From the IMG/VR virus record IMGVR_UViG_3300036778_000027, positions 1 to 26,890 of that record: a DNA stretch of 26,890 nucleotides, one strand, 5' to 3'. Below, one piece after another: positions 8,801 through 17,253 of this stretch (positions are counted from its first letter, which is position 1; each line of letters opens with the position of its first letter). Origin of the DNA: a virus. Its lineage: Duplodnaviria; Caudoviricetes. The translations under genes and the position numbers were made by a program. The notes below the pieces were generated by a model that was not told where the DNA came from, searched no databases, and was given only the letters and a program-made list of their open reading frames with translations.

Positions 8801-9973
8801 GCCGCGCTCGAAGATCAGTTGCCCCGGATTGCCGGTCACCTCGCCGATCGTCGGCACCGAGCCGGGCACTGTGGACGGATTGGCCGGGATCGCGGCTGCC
8901 GCCTCGGTCGGCGACATGTTCATCGACCCCGCGGTCATCTCTGCCGCTTTGCGCTGTTCCCACGGCGTCGCCTGAACGGTGCTGGGACCCTCCTGTGGCG
9001 CCGGCCCGACGCGCTGGAACCCCTGCCCGGTGGTGGGATCGACGACGGTTTCCCGCCTGCCCATACCCAGGCTGCCGGCATAGTCCCGGCCGCGCTCGAC
9101 CGCCCGGGCGCCGACAGCGCCGCCCAGGTTCGCCGCATGGCCGCCCACGATGTTGCCAACGAGGCTGCCCACCTCCTGATAGGCCGGCGGCAGGTTTTGC
9201 GCGGCTGCCTCGCCAGCGACCGCCCCGGTGCCCCCGATCGCGGCTTGCGTCAGAATGCTGCGCACCGTGTTGCCAGCGCCGGCAGGCCCGAGGATCGCCC
9301 CGCCGATCGCACCCTCGACGCCAGCCCGAACAAGCCGCGTGGTCGGACTGTCGCTGGTGACCTCCTGCGGGGCCGGCAAGCCCACCGCGTGCGCGCCGCG
9401 CGTGATCAGTTCCGTGCCGGGCGCCCTCTCCATCGCGACATTGGCTTCGCGATCCGCCTGCCGCACTTCGTCCGGCGTCTGGTAGTGCAGATTGGTCTGG
9501 CCCGGCACCGGCTGACCGTTCGCATCCAGCCTTTGGCTCCAATGCGCCGGCTGCTGTTCGCCATAGCCGAGCGCGGGCGCAACCGTGTCCATCACGAAAT
9601 TGCCGAGCGCCTCGACCGGCTTGCCCACCAGATAGCCGAAGGGATCGCTGGCCACGTTGAGAGCGCCGGCCACGCCGCCTGCGACGGCTGCCCCCATGTT
9701 GGGCCAGAAGCCGGAAGGCTTGGGCGCTTCAGTTCCCGGCGCCGCGGGTGCGGCTGCCGGCGCGCCAGGGCGCCGCGCAGTCACCGTCATGGTGGGCACG
9801 CTCTTCGCTTCCTTCGCCTGCCTATCCAGTTCGTCGAAGGGAATGCTGTCCTGCTTCGTGCCGCCCGCTGGCGGAGCGTTGTCGAAAGTGCTGACCCCAA
9901 CGCCGCCGCGATCCTTCGCCGCCGCGTTGCGCGCTTGCTGATCCAGTTCGTCGAAGGGGATCGAACCGCTCAT
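5858..9973 (-). CDS. Large ejection (DNA transfer) protein, P22 gp16 position
   Basis: 1371 aa, Ala/Gly-rich and helical, N-terminal PFDELD repeats, Gly-rich hydrophobic segments; third of three coupled ejection genes. Confidence 0.75.
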   Translation of the reverse strand: MSGSIPFDELDQQARNAAAKDRGGVGVSTFDNAPPAGGTKQDSIPFDELDRQAKEAKSVPTMTVTARRPGAPAAAPAAPGTEAPKPSGFWPNMGAAVAGGVAGALNVASDPFGYLVGKPVEALGNFVMDTVAPALGYGEQQPAHWSQRLDANGQPVPGQTNLHYQTPDEVRQADREANVAMERAPGTELITRGAHAVGLPAPQEVTSDSPTTRLVRAGVEGAIGGAILGPAGAGNTVRSILTQAAIGGTGAVAGEAAAQNLPPAYQEVGSLVGNIVGGHAANLGGAVGARAVERGRDYAGSLGMGRRETVVDPTTGQGFQRVGPAPQEGPSTVQATPWEQRKAAEMTAGSMNMSPTEAAAAIPANPSTVPGSVPTIGEVTGNPGQLIFERGILRNSGYGRETFNTREALNELARKSAISNLETPEFVEHAGNYFRALREDAQREADTARANVGTQTDLAASAAGVHGGLGTIQEAGQGMREGLQAIQRPAKTRLGQQYDLLNKDKNLAYDATPVADQVAKIRGEMIDATPLYPGEEKILDDAAGRRGVQDFDQMRLLQSAIAETKRGIRSDPKYGAESMAYRRMSQVEDAIGRSIDEAAARHLAEDASRNPPGQRIIDTLNEADRQANAGGTPPPPPSPNGAGVGPTVPGGSAAGTPGQGGAGAAPGAPNAGGAGGAPGGGRVAPSPSDFAAEATQHPNGSVARDAFERAAGTRGFNEEGAIRSIRWAQDHARPDLVDAIIAAQRKATGGRPAYNEALGRIEAAAGEQTANGGRAPQSLLDWIISKGGVRGDSDLTTMGADEYHHRAGGRLVNNGQRGNSLNTLREGAIAEGFLKADADDHALKNRIDDELRGNKVYRAHEQAEGDMHAQAAREQRLQEQAMLDARNQVQEAEHGLGQRMTPEQLAHAQLLVARDGIHPEEAVRDALRSDQDRLLDSHAQIDSMNLRPGVSPLARQAEAPLGTGRAEYLPPEKAGDLARLRREYAQYKETFRRGAVGEVLATGNEAGGFRIGAASAPAKLFAQGPAGATRADNLIQAAGSVEAAQRLLGDYPAILYRNTVINRPGGFTAAAHDRFMNAYAPVFEKFPELRRQFATIAEAQRTAETASVAARERLDDYENSAARFFLAKNGQEAPTNHAAIDKLINSPNPGLAARQLMQGAANEPAAVSGLRRNVIEWFLERARSANEAGTSGDTKLRENTVKMLAADPKVQAVMRAVLTPDQTRVIQDVAKDMMMGARAANASKVPGSPTTAADLIAHQERAQQGASDFVSTMAGEAAGRAAASTAGFHNGFASGIASIVGILGANKLRAMRAAGISNAERLAVEMANNPRLGRLVLEQAGQKPGSVAWARFQRRFLPTAIGAVANEEGNR
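9824..9958. repeat. 18-bp exact direct repeat (9824-9841, 9941-9958) encoding PFDELD
   Basis: atccagttcgtcgaaggg occurs twice. Confidence 0.85.
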
Positions 9974-12900
9974 TCGGCGTCCGCCATTTCAGGCGTGACC
10001 GGCGTCATGTGCGGGCGTGGCGGATCGCCTTCATTGCCCGTGAAGCGGAGCGTCCGACCGTCCGGATGGCGGTAGTCCACCCCCATCTTGAGACCGGACG
10101 CACCATTCTTTGGCCACGGATAGGGGATCACACGCGACGCATAGACCTGCACCGGATGCTGCTTGTCGAACTCGCGCAGCATGCCTTCCATCGACTGATG
10201 GCCGAGGCCGCCCTGCGAAGTCGGAGACACCCAGTTCTCAGCGAAATCGTAAAGCGCCTTGTCGCGCTGGATGCCCTGCCGGATCGACTTGATGATCGCG
10301 TCGTAACCGCCTTCCGACAGCGTCAGCGACGGATTGATGCGCTGGATTTCCTGGAACACGGACGCCGCCGCATTGCTGTCCATAGTCCGCGTCATCTCAG
10401 CGGCAAGCTGTCCGCCCACCTTCGAGATCAGCGTGCTGCCGACATTCATGTCTTTCAGCCACTGCGGCGGTTCTTTCCCGGCGTAGCCGAGCAGGTCAGC
10501 AAATCGCGATGCGAGCGCAGCCTTCGTCTCGCCCGTCGCCCCCGTGCGGAAGTAATTCTCGCCCGCGTTGGCGAGCACTTCCAGGTTTTCCAGCTTCATG
10601 GCCGACGCTTGGCCGGCCTTGGCGATGCGTTCGAACTGTGCCCCATACGTGGCCGCACGAGCCAGTCGCTCCGCCTCCTGAACCCGCAGGTCCGTCTGTG
10701 CCTGCGGCGATAGCTCTGGCGCCCCGAGATAGGCCCCGGGAGGCGCTTCCTGCCCGGTCTGTGCCCCGACAGTCGGAGGCACCGCAGCGGTCGATGTAGG
10801 CGCCGTGCGATCCTGCCCCGGCCCGGGCGGCTGCCGCGGATCAGGACGCTGTTGCTGCGCGAGCCGGTCATACTCTGGCGTGCCGCGTAGCGGCCCGAGG
10901 CCGAACGTCTTCACCGCCTCTTGGGCAAGCTGGCCGACCGTGTAGTTCGCCAGTTGCGGATTGGTCTTGACCACCTCGGGCGAGATATTCGCCACCGGCG
11001 TGTTTGCATCAGCGTTCATCAGCTTGGCCAAGCCATCGCCGCCGAACCAGTGCGCCAGCCGCAACGATGCGCCGTTCACCGGGATGTTGTTCTGCCGCAG
11101 CTTCGCAGCATTCTCATCCGTGAACCGGTCAACGAGCCTGTCTTCGAGAGCGCGGTCGCCCTGGAGCGCCATGATCTGCGCATCTGTCTTGCCTTGCGCT
11201 AGTTCCGGCGCGTTGCGCTTGACCTGGTCCAGCCACGTGCGCGGAAGCCACTGGTAATAGCTGCCCGCATTCGTGCGTCCGTTGAGCGCACCGGGTCCGC
11301 CGCCTTCGGCTTTGACCAGTCGGTCCCGATAGTCCTGCCGTTCCAGCGGCGCGGTCGATCGCGACGGGCCACCCTGTTGCGTCTGTATCTGCGGCGGAGG
11401 CCCAGGCGGCCCGCCCGGTGCAGCACCGGCCCCGCCAGCGGGCTGATCGGAATACCGCACTGCGGACGTGGGCACCTGCCGGTCGATCGTATAGGTGCGC
11501 CCGTCCGTGCCCTGCACGTTGGCATGGACCGTGGTCATCGGCTGGCCGGTTGCCGCGGCACGCCTTGCCGGGTCCGACCAGTCCTCCATCGCAATTTGCG
11601 CTTTGCGGTACTGGCCCGGGATGATCTTGCCATCCTCACCGCGCACCGGGACCGTAACCTCGATCGGTGGCTTGGTCGCCATCACGGTCGGATCGGGCAC
11701 GATGTTGCCCTGTTCGTCTCGCTTCAGGCCAGCGCCCAGTAGCGTTGTCTGGAACGACTGCATGTTCTCTGGCGACTGGAGCGCACGCACCGTGTCATCG
11801 CGATACGCTGGCGAGAACTTGCCGCGCAACTTCGAAAATTCGTAGTTCGTCAGCCAACCATTCTGCCAAAGCGTCAGCAGATTCTGGTCCCATTCGGTCC
11901 CGTCGCGCGACTTTTGCGCAGCCGTGGCGATGGTCTGGTTGCGCAGTTGGTTCACTTTCTCTTTGACCGCGACAATGTCGGAACTGCCGTTGGCTATCGC
12001 CATTTGCACCCCGAACTGCACGGAGCGCGGCACCATGCCGATATCGGTCATCACGCCATTCTCGGAGCCACTCGTTGCCCATTTCTGGAACGCTGGATCG
12101 CCCGGCTTCTCCCACACCTCGCGCTGCGGAGCGGGTGCGGCTGGAGCAGCCGGCGCGGCTGGTGCTGGCGCTGCGGCTGGAGCCGGCGCTGGCGCGGCGG
12201 GTGCAGCAGGCTGCGGAGGCGAGAGTTGATTGCCGACAGGCTGCCCGGCCGCGACCTGCGGCTGCGCTGGTGCGGCTGCTGGAGCGCCTGCGGCCACCTC
12301 TGGCTCCGCGCCCCCTTCGAGATAGCGATAGTCCGCAGTCTGCGGATACGTGCCCGGCGCCGCCCGGTTCAGTTGTCCGGACCTGCCAAGTTCCGCGCGC
12401 GTGCGATCAATCGTCTGCTGCAACTCGCTGGGAGGCGGCGCGGCCTTTACTGCCGCGGCTGCCGCAGCGGGATTGAGAGCATTCGGCGCCGGCGCAGCGC
12501 CCAGGGCGTTCGGCTGTGCCGCTGGTGCGGCAGCGGCAGGCTGCGCTGCCGGTGCCAGCGTGTTCGGCGTGTAGTTTCCCGCCACCCGCTGCGGCGGGAT
12601 GCCGGCACGCTGCACGTTGGCGTTCCAGCCAGGCGCAATCTCTTCCGTGTCGGCGCGCGTGGCATACAGCGCGAGGGGATTGCCCGTGGTCTCCGCCGAG
12701 AGCGGTGTCTGCGGTGCGGACAGGATGTCCGTCCCGGTCACCCCCGAGGGAGTAAACGCCGGCGGCAGGCCGCCCCCGGGCGGCACAGGAGTGCCAGGAC
12801 CGGGCGTGCCTGGAGGCGGAGGAGGATAACTGCTGCCGGTCTTATCCGGCTGCGTCAGTTCAAGCCCGATCCGCTTCTGCTGATTGGCGATTTGCGCGCC

Positions 12901-13146
12901 GACCGTCTGTTCCCTCACCAGCCCGGTTTGCGCGCCATACAGGCCGCCACGCGCCCGCGTCTCGCCGGCTTGCGCGTCATACAGGCCGGTCTGCGCCCGC
13001 ACATTGGCCGGCCGCTCGTGCTCCGTCGCCGTCAGCGCCTCGGTTTGCTGCCCGGTGCGGTAGGCGTTGAGCAAATCCTGCCAGGACCGGAGAACCCCGA
13101 TCGGGTTCGCCGGCTGGATCATCGTCGGGAGGAGTGTGCCGCTCAT
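9970..13146 (-). CDS. Ejection protein (gp20 position) with lysozyme-like/lytic transglycosylase domain
   Basis: 1058 aa; RLVKAEGGG...NAGSYYQWLPRTW...LRLAHWFG...VVKTNP at about 11335-10920; Pro/Ala-rich linkers. Confidence 0.8.
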   Translation of the reverse strand: MSGTLLPTMIQPANPIGVLRSWQDLLNAYRTGQQTEALTATEHERPANVRAQTGLYDAQAGETRARGGLYGAQTGLVREQTVGAQIANQQKRIGLELTQPDKTGSSYPPPPPGTPGPGTPVPPGGGLPPAFTPSGVTGTDILSAPQTPLSAETTGNPLALYATRADTEEIAPGWNANVQRAGIPPQRVAGNYTPNTLAPAAQPAAAAPAAQPNALGAAPAPNALNPAAAAAAVKAAPPPSELQQTIDRTRAELGRSGQLNRAAPGTYPQTADYRYLEGGAEPEVAAGAPAAAPAQPQVAAGQPVGNQLSPPQPAAPAAPAPAPAAAPAPAAPAAPAAPAPQREVWEKPGDPAFQKWATSGSENGVMTDIGMVPRSVQFGVQMAIANGSSDIVAVKEKVNQLRNQTIATAAQKSRDGTEWDQNLLTLWQNGWLTNYEFSKLRGKFSPAYRDDTVRALQSPENMQSFQTTLLGAGLKRDEQGNIVPDPTVMATKPPIEVTVPVRGEDGKIIPGQYRKAQIAMEDWSDPARRAAATGQPMTTVHANVQGTDGRTYTIDRQVPTSAVRYSDQPAGGAGAAPGGPPGPPPQIQTQQGGPSRSTAPLERQDYRDRLVKAEGGGPGALNGRTNAGSYYQWLPRTWLDQVKRNAPELAQGKTDAQIMALQGDRALEDRLVDRFTDENAAKLRQNNIPVNGASLRLAHWFGGDGLAKLMNADANTPVANISPEVVKTNPQLANYTVGQLAQEAVKTFGLGPLRGTPEYDRLAQQQRPDPRQPPGPGQDRTAPTSTAAVPPTVGAQTGQEAPPGAYLGAPELSPQAQTDLRVQEAERLARAATYGAQFERIAKAGQASAMKLENLEVLANAGENYFRTGATGETKAALASRFADLLGYAGKEPPQWLKDMNVGSTLISKVGGQLAAEMTRTMDSNAAASVFQEIQRINPSLTLSEGGYDAIIKSIRQGIQRDKALYDFAENWVSPTSQGGLGHQSMEGMLREFDKQHPVQVYASRVIPYPWPKNGASGLKMGVDYRHPDGRTLRFTGNEGDPPRPHMTPVTPEMADAE

Positions 13147-13904
13147 TAACCGAACGCCGGCAGGTTGCCGCCCACCGCTCCCCCGCTGCCACTGGCTCCG
13201 CCGCCACTGGCGAATTGCCGATTGATAAACGAGCCGAGTTGATTGGTGGTCCCGTAGCTACTGCCGTAGATGCCGCCCGCCGGATTTCCGCCATAGCCGA
13301 GCAGCAGCGGGATGTTCGAAATCGCTTGGTTCGTCGCGGTCTGCGCACCCACGATGCCGGCCGCGTTGGCATTGCCGATCGCGGTCTGGCCGGTCAGCAC
13401 CTGATTGCCGCTCGACGCGCCAGTTTGCGACAGGATGTTCTGCGAGGTTGGCCCAAGGTTAGCAAGCTGGGACAGCGCATTTACGTAATTGCCGAAATTC
13501 GTAGATGCGTAGTTCTGTCCATACTGCTGTATCGCGTTCAGCGTGCCGGGCGAGAGCGACAGCCCTTTCGAGGCTGCCGAGCGATCCATTGCCTGGATGC
13601 CCTGCTGCAACGGGAACTGATAGGTCGGCAGCGAGGTGAACTTGTTGTACTGGTCCAGCACATTCGGGCTGGTGTCCGAGCCGGACGGAGACGGCAACCC
13701 GTAGATACCAGCGACAGCCGACAACGCGTTCGTGCCCGTGGTCAGATACGGCTGGAGGTTGCCTTGCGCCGTGCCATAGACCTGCTTGGAGAACTCCACC
13801 GCCTTGGAGACCGCGTCCGCTTGCGCTTTCGCTGCATCCTTGGCCGCGCCGGCGGAACCCAGCCCGCTGATAAGCCCGGTCACCCCGGAAATGATGTCAG
13901 CCAT
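13146..13904 (-). CDS. DNA transfer/ejection protein, P22 gp7-like
   Basis: Start MADIISG at 13904 (TGATG coupling); AAKAQADA, NLQPYLTTG, PTYQFPLQQG...SAASKG..SPGTLNAIQQYGQ. Confidence 0.85.
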   Translation of the reverse strand: MADIISGVTGLISGLGSAGAAKDAAKAQADAVSKAVEFSKQVYGTAQGNLQPYLTTGTNALSAVAGIYGLPSPSGSDTSPNVLDQYNKFTSLPTYQFPLQQGIQAMDRSAASKGLSLSPGTLNAIQQYGQNYASTNFGNYVNALSQLANLGPTSQNILSQTGASSGNQVLTGQTAIGNANAAGIVGAQTATNQAISNIPLLLGYGGNPAGGIYGSSYGTTNQLGSFINRQFASGGGASGSGGAVGGNLPAFG

Positions 13905-14365
13905 CAGTCCAGCCTCTTCCAGAAAAGCGCGTCCACAGGCTGCATCCCCATGCGTTGTGCGAGCGCTGCCGCATTGCGACCGCGACCCACACGGATGTTC
14001 AGGAACAGTTCGTCGGCACCCTCGCGCACACACGCCATCTCCGCCCTACGGAGCAGCGTGAAGCCGGTCAGGCCGCGGCGATGCGATGGCGCGAGGTAAT
14101 AGAGATCGGTCTGCGCCAGCAGCCGCCCGCGATGGTGCAGCGATGGCTGCATGATGCAGACGGCATAGCCGACCAGGGCGCCCCACTCGCGCGCCGTCAC
14201 GCAGACCTCGCAGCCCGCTTTCTCGATCGCGGCGTAGTAGTCCCAGTGCATATCGAGCGGCACGTGGTAGTCCGCAGCCGCTTCCAGCCAGTGCGCTGAC
14301 AGCAGCGGCCCCGCCTCCTGCCGCAGTGTGGTGAATGGCTGTTCGCCGAATGCCACAGCCATCAT
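13904..14365 (-). CDS. GNAT-fold acetyltransferase-like protein (P22 gp14/T7 gp13 position)
   Basis: GALVGYAV, TDLYYLAPSHRRGLTGFTLLRRAE, LAQRMG. Confidence 0.8.
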   Translation of the reverse strand: MMAVAFGEQPFTTLRQEAGPLLSAHWLEAAADYHVPLDMHWDYYAAIEKAGCEVCVTAREWGALVGYAVCIMQPSLHHRGRLLAQTDLYYLAPSHRRGLTGFTLLRRAEMACVREGADELFLNIRVGRGRNAAALAQRMGMQPVDALFWKRLD

Positions 14366-14703
14366 CAGGACTGCACGACACCGCCGGCGGAGATCACCAG
14401 CGCAGACGCGGACGAGGCAATCACGCTGATAAAGTCACCCGGCCCGAGCACCTTCCCCGCCTCATTCGGCGACAGCCAGCTTTTGCCGGGCGGCACGGCT
14501 TGCGCCTTGGTGGTCAGGTTCGAAGACGCCGCCGAGCCGCCGAAGGTAACCAGGTTGATGCTGATCGTCCGCGGCACCGTGTCGATGTTGGTGACCGTCA
14601 GCGCATCCACCCGCACGATGGTACCGTTCGGCGCCGTGAACATCGTCGTCTGCGATGCCGGTGCGAACGTCGGTTGGATGATCGGGGCAAGCGAGAACGT
14701 CAC
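14365..14703 (-). CDS. Small beta-sandwich virion protein (tail needle knob-like)
   Basis: Probable GTG start at 14703 (alternative 14718); TTMFTAP..RVDALTVTNID...LGPGDFISVIASSASALVISAGG. Confidence 0.7.
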   Translation of the reverse strand: MTFSLAPIIQPTFAPASQTTMFTAPNGTIVRVDALTVTNIDTVPRTISINLVTFGGSAASSNLTTKAQAVPPGKSWLSPNEAGKVLGPGDFISVIASSASALVISAGGVVQS

Positions 14704-14792
14704 AAGGCACCATCCCAACAGGAGGGTGCGAGCCGTTCCTAAGCCCGCCGCTTCAGCGACTTAGCCCGGTTGGACGCGAGATCGCAACAGGA

Positions 14793-15707
14793 TCAGCGCC
14801 GCCGCGCCTGGAGCAGCCCGTATGCCGCGAGCGTTCCGGCAGCGAAAGCCACCTGCATTGTCGCGAAATACGTGGCAGCCGCCGTCACCCTGGCGCCGAT
14901 GATCGGCACGGTGGGATCAGCGCCGAATGTCGTGAGGCTGACGCCGCCCAGGTTCAGGTTGCTGAACAGGCCGGGCGTGGTGGAGAGCGCGACGGTCGTA
15001 GTGCTGATCGATGCCTTGACGCTGTTGATGGTGGTCGCACCGGCCCCGGTCAGAGCCAGTTCGCAGCCGATATCCCAGTCGCCGGCGCCGAGCACGATGG
15101 AGCCGACATTGGCGATGGTCCCGGTCACCAGGGCCACCGCGGAGCCGGAGGGAATGCTGGACGAGATGTACTCGCCCACGAAGCCGGCCGATGCCGTGGT
15201 CGTGGTACGCTCGACCTGTTGCTGGATCGAAGCCGTCGCCGTGACCGTGCCCGCGATCGTCGGGTTTGTGCCGATGCCGAGCGTCTGCGACGAGATGACC
15301 AGATTGTCCGGGTTGACCGCGGTCACGCTGCCCGCGTTCCACTCTGGCACCGAAGAAGAGCCGGACACCGCACCCGCCGCCGGCGTGTAGACCAGCGATT
15401 CACCCGGGGCGAACGTCCCCGCCTCGACGACGCGGATGGTCCCGTTGTTGTTCAGTTCGAGCGTGATGTCATGCGCGATCGTGTCGTTGTTGAACACGCG
15501 CAGTTCGTTCACCAGCCGCTGGATACTCGCCCCCGGCGCGGCCACCGCCGTGACCACCGTCGTGCCGTTGGTGATCGTGTCGCTGGCACCGGGCGTGAAC
15601 AGCGCGCCGGCATAGTCGCCGAAGCTGGCCGTCACATCGCAATTGGCCGTGCTGATCGGCTCCCCGAGCAGCACCTGGAGCGATTTGAGGGTGCTATCGA
15701 GGATCAT
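14793..15707 (-). CDS. Two-domain tail-tip/structural protein
   Basis: N-terminal beta-sandwich; C-terminal AGFVGEYISS...SIVLGAGDWDI...LQARRR domain of the kind seen at phage fibre C-termini; ATGA coupling. Confidence 0.7.
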   Translation of the reverse strand: MILDSTLKSLQVLLGEPISTANCDVTASFGDYAGALFTPGASDTITNGTTVVTAVAAPGASIQRLVNELRVFNNDTIAHDITLELNNNGTIRVVEAGTFAPGESLVYTPAAGAVSGSSSVPEWNAGSVTAVNPDNLVISSQTLGIGTNPTIAGTVTATASIQQQVERTTTTASAGFVGEYISSSIPSGSAVALVTGTIANVGSIVLGAGDWDIGCELALTGAGATTINSVKASISTTTVALSTTPGLFSNLNLGGVSLTTFGADPTVPIIGARVTAAATYFATMQVAFAAGTLAAYGLLQARRR

Positions 15708-16069
15708 GGCCCGAAGAAGAAGCCAATGCCGAAGGCGGTTTCGAAGGAGCAGCCCGGGATGTTGACCGGCGCCGGCGGGACAGGAGCAGAACCGCCGGAC
15801 AGGGCAGCGATTTGCGCCTCGATCGTGGCGATTTCGTTGTTGATCGTGTTGATTTCAGCCTGGATCGTCGAAACATCCGCCACGATGGTGTTCACCACCG
15901 TGATGACCGTGCCGATGTTCGTGGTGTTGGCTTGCTGCGCGCCGGAGATGCGGCTGGCCCACTGGTAGAACTCCATCGACGGCCGGCCGCTGTCGATATC
16001 GACGATGGGCCGATCGCCGTAGGGGATCGTGGTGCGAGGGACAGAGGCAGGGTCGATCGTGCCGCTCAT
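15704..16069 (-). CDS. Tail needle/plug-like protein (gp26 position)
   Basis: PIVDIDSGRPSMEFYQW N-motif, then an Ile/Val heptad coiled coil (IVADVSTIQAEINTINNEIATIEAQIAAL); directly follows the gp10-like gene. Confidence 0.65.
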   Translation of the reverse strand: MSGTIDPASVPRTTIPYGDRPIVDIDSGRPSMEFYQWASRISGAQQANTTNIGTVITVVNTIVADVSTIQAEINTINNEIATIEAQIAALSGGSAPVPPAPVNIPGCSFETAFGIGFFFGP

Positions 16070-16070
16070 C

Positions 16071-17252
16071 TCAGTTCGTGCCCTCCTCGGTGTCCAGGTA
16101 GAACCCTACGATGTTGCGGCGCACCGGGTCTGTGATTTCGAGCTTGAGCATGCGGGTGCGCGCCTGTCCCAGCTTGAGCCATCGCACGCGCTGCTGATAC
16201 TCGCCCTCCCGGCCGAGCGACCGAGGCTTTACCAGGGTGGAGAAGGTCCGGCCGCCGTCGAATGACTGCGACAGCCAGATGGTGGGATCGACGCCCTGCG
16301 GGTCGTTCGGGTCCGCGATGCCCGGGGTGAAATTGTCCGAGCACGTCGGACGACTGCCCGCATCGTCCAGGCTGCCCGCCAGGGTGAAGGTGCCCCCGCC
16401 ACCGCGGTTGAACGCGAACAGGTCAGGATTGGCGCCATCGGCCCGGCTGAAAAACACGTCGGGCACGCGATTGAACGGCAGGCTGCCGTTGCTTCCCAGG
16501 TAGGGCGTGGAGATATCGGCGCCGACGAACTTGCGACGGTTGGCTGCATCGGTCAGGTCAACGAACGACGGCGTGGCCGAGAACCACAGGTCTCCCACGC
16601 GCCCGTGCGCCTCTGCTGGCCCTTCCGGCCGGAACGCCACGCAGACCGTCTGGCCGGCGTTCAGCGTCGCGAAGTTAGCCGCCAGATTGTTGCCCTCGGT
16701 GCCTGCCTGGACGAGGCGCGGGGGAGCGGTGCCAATGTTGCCCCCGACGATCGTGCCGCCAGCAGGACCGCCGCCCACCTTCAGCCCGAAATTCGAGAAG
16801 GCGGTAGGGGCGCCCGGATTGCTGGGATAGTCGATCGCGACGCCGCAGGTCACATGGTTGCTGGTGAGGCCCTGCACAGTCAGCAGCGCCTCGAAGTAGA
16901 AGAACCCTGTCGTGTAGCCGTCCGCGGCCCGCGCCAGCCCCTGCACGCTGGTGGCGCCATAGTGCAGGTTGCCACCAGAGACCGAGGCACCGGCCCCCTG
17001 CACCGTCGCGGGGTCCAGGGTCGTGAAGCCGCCGCCGGCCGCTGGACAGCCAGAGGCGCCCGCAGGAACCGTGAAGCCGAATGGCGTGGCGCCGAAGTTA
17101 AGCGTCCAGCCGCACGTCCCAGGACCGCCCACGGTCGGATACATGACCTGCCCGGCCGTGCCAGCCAGCGTCATGCCGCCGACGCCCGTGGCGGGATTGG
17201 CCGAGGCATCCCCGTTCCAGAAGCCGCCGTCTACGCGCGTCCAAAGCGGCAT
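16071..17252 (-). CDS. Tail hub part B: permuted SPRY-like domain, C-part of ConA-like domain, and gp10-like C-terminus
   Basis: GGAGG 9 nt before the ATG; ends DPTIWLSQSFDGGRTFS...SLGREGEYQQRVRWLKLGQARTRMLKLEITDPV, the canonical gp10-family C-terminus. Confidence 0.8.
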   Translation of the reverse strand: MPLWTRVDGGFWNGDASANPATGVGGMTLAGTAGQVMYPTVGGPGTCGWTLNFGATPFGFTVPAGASGCPAAGGGFTTLDPATVQGAGASVSGGNLHYGATSVQGLARAADGYTTGFFYFEALLTVQGLTSNHVTCGVAIDYPSNPGAPTAFSNFGLKVGGGPAGGTIVGGNIGTAPPRLVQAGTEGNNLAANFATLNAGQTVCVAFRPEGPAEAHGRVGDLWFSATPSFVDLTDAANRRKFVGADISTPYLGSNGSLPFNRVPDVFFSRADGANPDLFAFNRGGGGTFTLAGSLDDAGSRPTCSDNFTPGIADPNDPQGVDPTIWLSQSFDGGRTFSTLVKPRSLGREGEYQQRVRWLKLGQARTRMLKLEITDPVRRNIVGFYLDTEEGTN

Positions 17253-17253
17253 G

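Noticed and set aside
12120-12560. GC-rich short repeats resembling an array
   Set aside because: They encode Pro/Ala low-complexity linkers; there is no repeat-spacer periodicity.
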